DNA of 63,622 nt from NCBI RefSeq assembly GCF_004010195.1, contig NC_057720.1:20352092-20415713 (forward strand). The letters run 5' to 3'. The notes under the pieces were generated by a model, which searched no databases, was not told the origin of the DNA, and was given only the letters and a program-made list of their open reading frames with translations. The stretch is from Chiloscyllium plagiosum (Eukaryota). Both the position numbers and the translations under genes were made by a program. Within the stretch, counting starts at the first letter, position 1; each line of letters opens with the position of its first letter. Positions 62,301-63,622 of the stretch are shown here, one piece after another.

Positions 62301-63027
62301 TTATCTTATGTGAGTGATTGGGCTTGTGGGGACCCTCTTTCAATATGGCTAAATATTGAAACCTTCAGGCAGAGTGCCCCCTTCACTAGCTTGCTGTTTT
62401 TTGGACAAAATGAGGACAATTAGGAAATATTGCCATAACCCAATAGTTACCAACACTGTTAAAGCATGGAGGGCAATTCGGCAGAGGGAAGGCAATATTG
62501 GCAAAACATCTTTTCTTACACCTATAGTGGGTATGCCGGGTTTTCAACTGGGGATGATAGATTCAGAATTCAAACATTGGGCAGCTAGGGGGTGTCTTGC
62601 ATGGGCAATTTATTTGAGGGAGACACAATGATGTCCTTTGATCAGTTAGCATGGAAGTACAAGCTATCTAACAGAGACCTCTTTCATTTTTTTCAAGTTA
62701 GGGATTTTATTCAAAAAGAAGACTACACTTTTGATTGATCCCTACAAATCTAACATAGAGAGGAAGGTGCTAAGATTACACTTTCTGTCAGCACTTTATG
62801 TCATCAGTTGGGGGACACCCCCTCAGATGTGTTCGGTCAACTCTGCAGGGTATGGGAGAGAGAGCTAGGCGTTGGGGTCTCCTCAGAGCCATGGGAAGGT
62901 ATTTGGGCAAAAGCAAGAAAGATATCAATTTGCAATAGGACCCATGCTCTACAGTTGAAGATTCTCCACAGGATCCACTTGGCTCCAGATCATTTGTCAA
63001 AATTTAAACCAGGGGTATCTTCAACAT
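59347..63027 (+). mobile_element. L1/Tx1-clade LINE 3' half (degenerate ORF2 from 59441), continuation of 52982-54518
   Basis: WCTWNIKG, GGDFN, SDH, SYRPISLLNVDFKIL, QQGCPLSP, LYANDVLIF, LSSLLSYV; truncated before its 3' UTR. Confidence 0.92.
61546..61805 (+). mobile_element. HE1-type V-SINE inside L1 RT
   Basis: tRNA head, V-domain, ctaat tail. Confidence 0.88.
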
Positions 63028-63031
63028 GATA

Positions 63032-63162
63032 AGCCTGAAGAAGGGCTTATGCCCGAAACGCGATTCTCCTTCTCCTTTGATGCTGCTTGCCCTGCTGCGC
63101 TTTTCCAGCAACATATTTTTAAGCTCTGATCCCCAGCATCTGCAGTCCTCACTTTCTCCTAG
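63032..63162 (+). mobile_element. PLE terminal fragment with hammerhead motif lacking U16.1
   Basis: CTGAAGAAGGGCTTATGCCCGAAACG-CGATT. Confidence 0.8.
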
Positions 63163-63342
63163 TATCTTACAAAGTAGGGTCTCCCTCCCTCCCTCCTCCT
63201 CTAACCTAAATTAAGAGTCCACAGACTTGCCACAAAAAGAGGGTCTAAGGAAGTTTGGATCGAAGAGTGAGGCTTCAGGTCAGGAATCTTTGACAAGGAG
63301 GTTGAGTGAAGTGATTACACCACAGTTGAAGAGGGTGAAGAC

Positions 63343-63622
63343 ATGACTGCCCAGCTGGTTCAGTGCGCTACGTGCTTGATGTGGGAGGTCAACGACTCTG
63401 GTGTGTCTGGCTCGTATATGTGTGGAAAGTGTGTGCACATTCAGCTATTGACCGTGCATATTGCAACGCTGATGAAAGAACTCGAGGACCTGAGGCTCAT
63501 CTGAGAGAACGAGATCTTTCTGGACAAGACCTTCAGCGAGGTTATTACACCAATCATGCCAGAAGAGAGCAGAAAAGAGCAGACGATGAGGAAGGCAGAG
63601 AGGAGACAGGTGCAAGAGACCC
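63343..63622 (+). mobile_element. CR1 ORF1 N-terminus (CxxC...CxxC zinc finger plus leucine-zipper-like), runs off window
   Basis: MTAQLVQCATCLMWEV..YMCGKCVHIQLL..ELEDLRLI*ENEIFLDKTFSEV. Confidence 0.75.

Noticed and set aside
1..63622. CRISPR array or prokaryotic operon
   Set aside because: No regularly spaced repeat-spacer array; all recognisable content is vertebrate transposon sequence.

Overview
Vertebrate genomic DNA, almost certainly from an elasmobranch (shark or ray), given HE1-type V-SINEs, their CR1/HER1-type LINE partners and a Deu-domain SINE. I recognise no host protein-coding exon, rRNA or intact tRNA gene, so this is probably a large intron or intergenic region. Roughly two-thirds is transposon-derived, and there is one assembly gap (55643-56044). 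The repeats include many CR1 fragments, three degenerate L1/Tx1-clade LINEs, old L2-like relics, a Gypsy integrase relic, a split solo LTR, TA-flanked Tc1/mariner-type MITEs, several tRNA-derived SINE families and numerous Penelope-like element (PLE) remnants. The main signal is about 18 minimal type I hammerhead-ribozyme motifs (CUGANGA-stem II-GAAA plus palindromic ACGU/AGCU), in about four sequence families, all at PLE termini; six have intact cores. Several PLE termini form short fold-back insertions with their own 10-16 bp target-site duplications (TSDs). Other notable structures: a four-layer nest (SINE < solo LTR < CR1 < L1); an L1 inserted antisense into a sister L1 with a 10-bp TSD; a YY1-like CAAGATGGC motif at the 5' end of all three L1s; and a LINE that appears to start with a tRNA-derived head shared with a SINE family. 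Boundaries were read by eye and are approximate unless a TSD is quoted.
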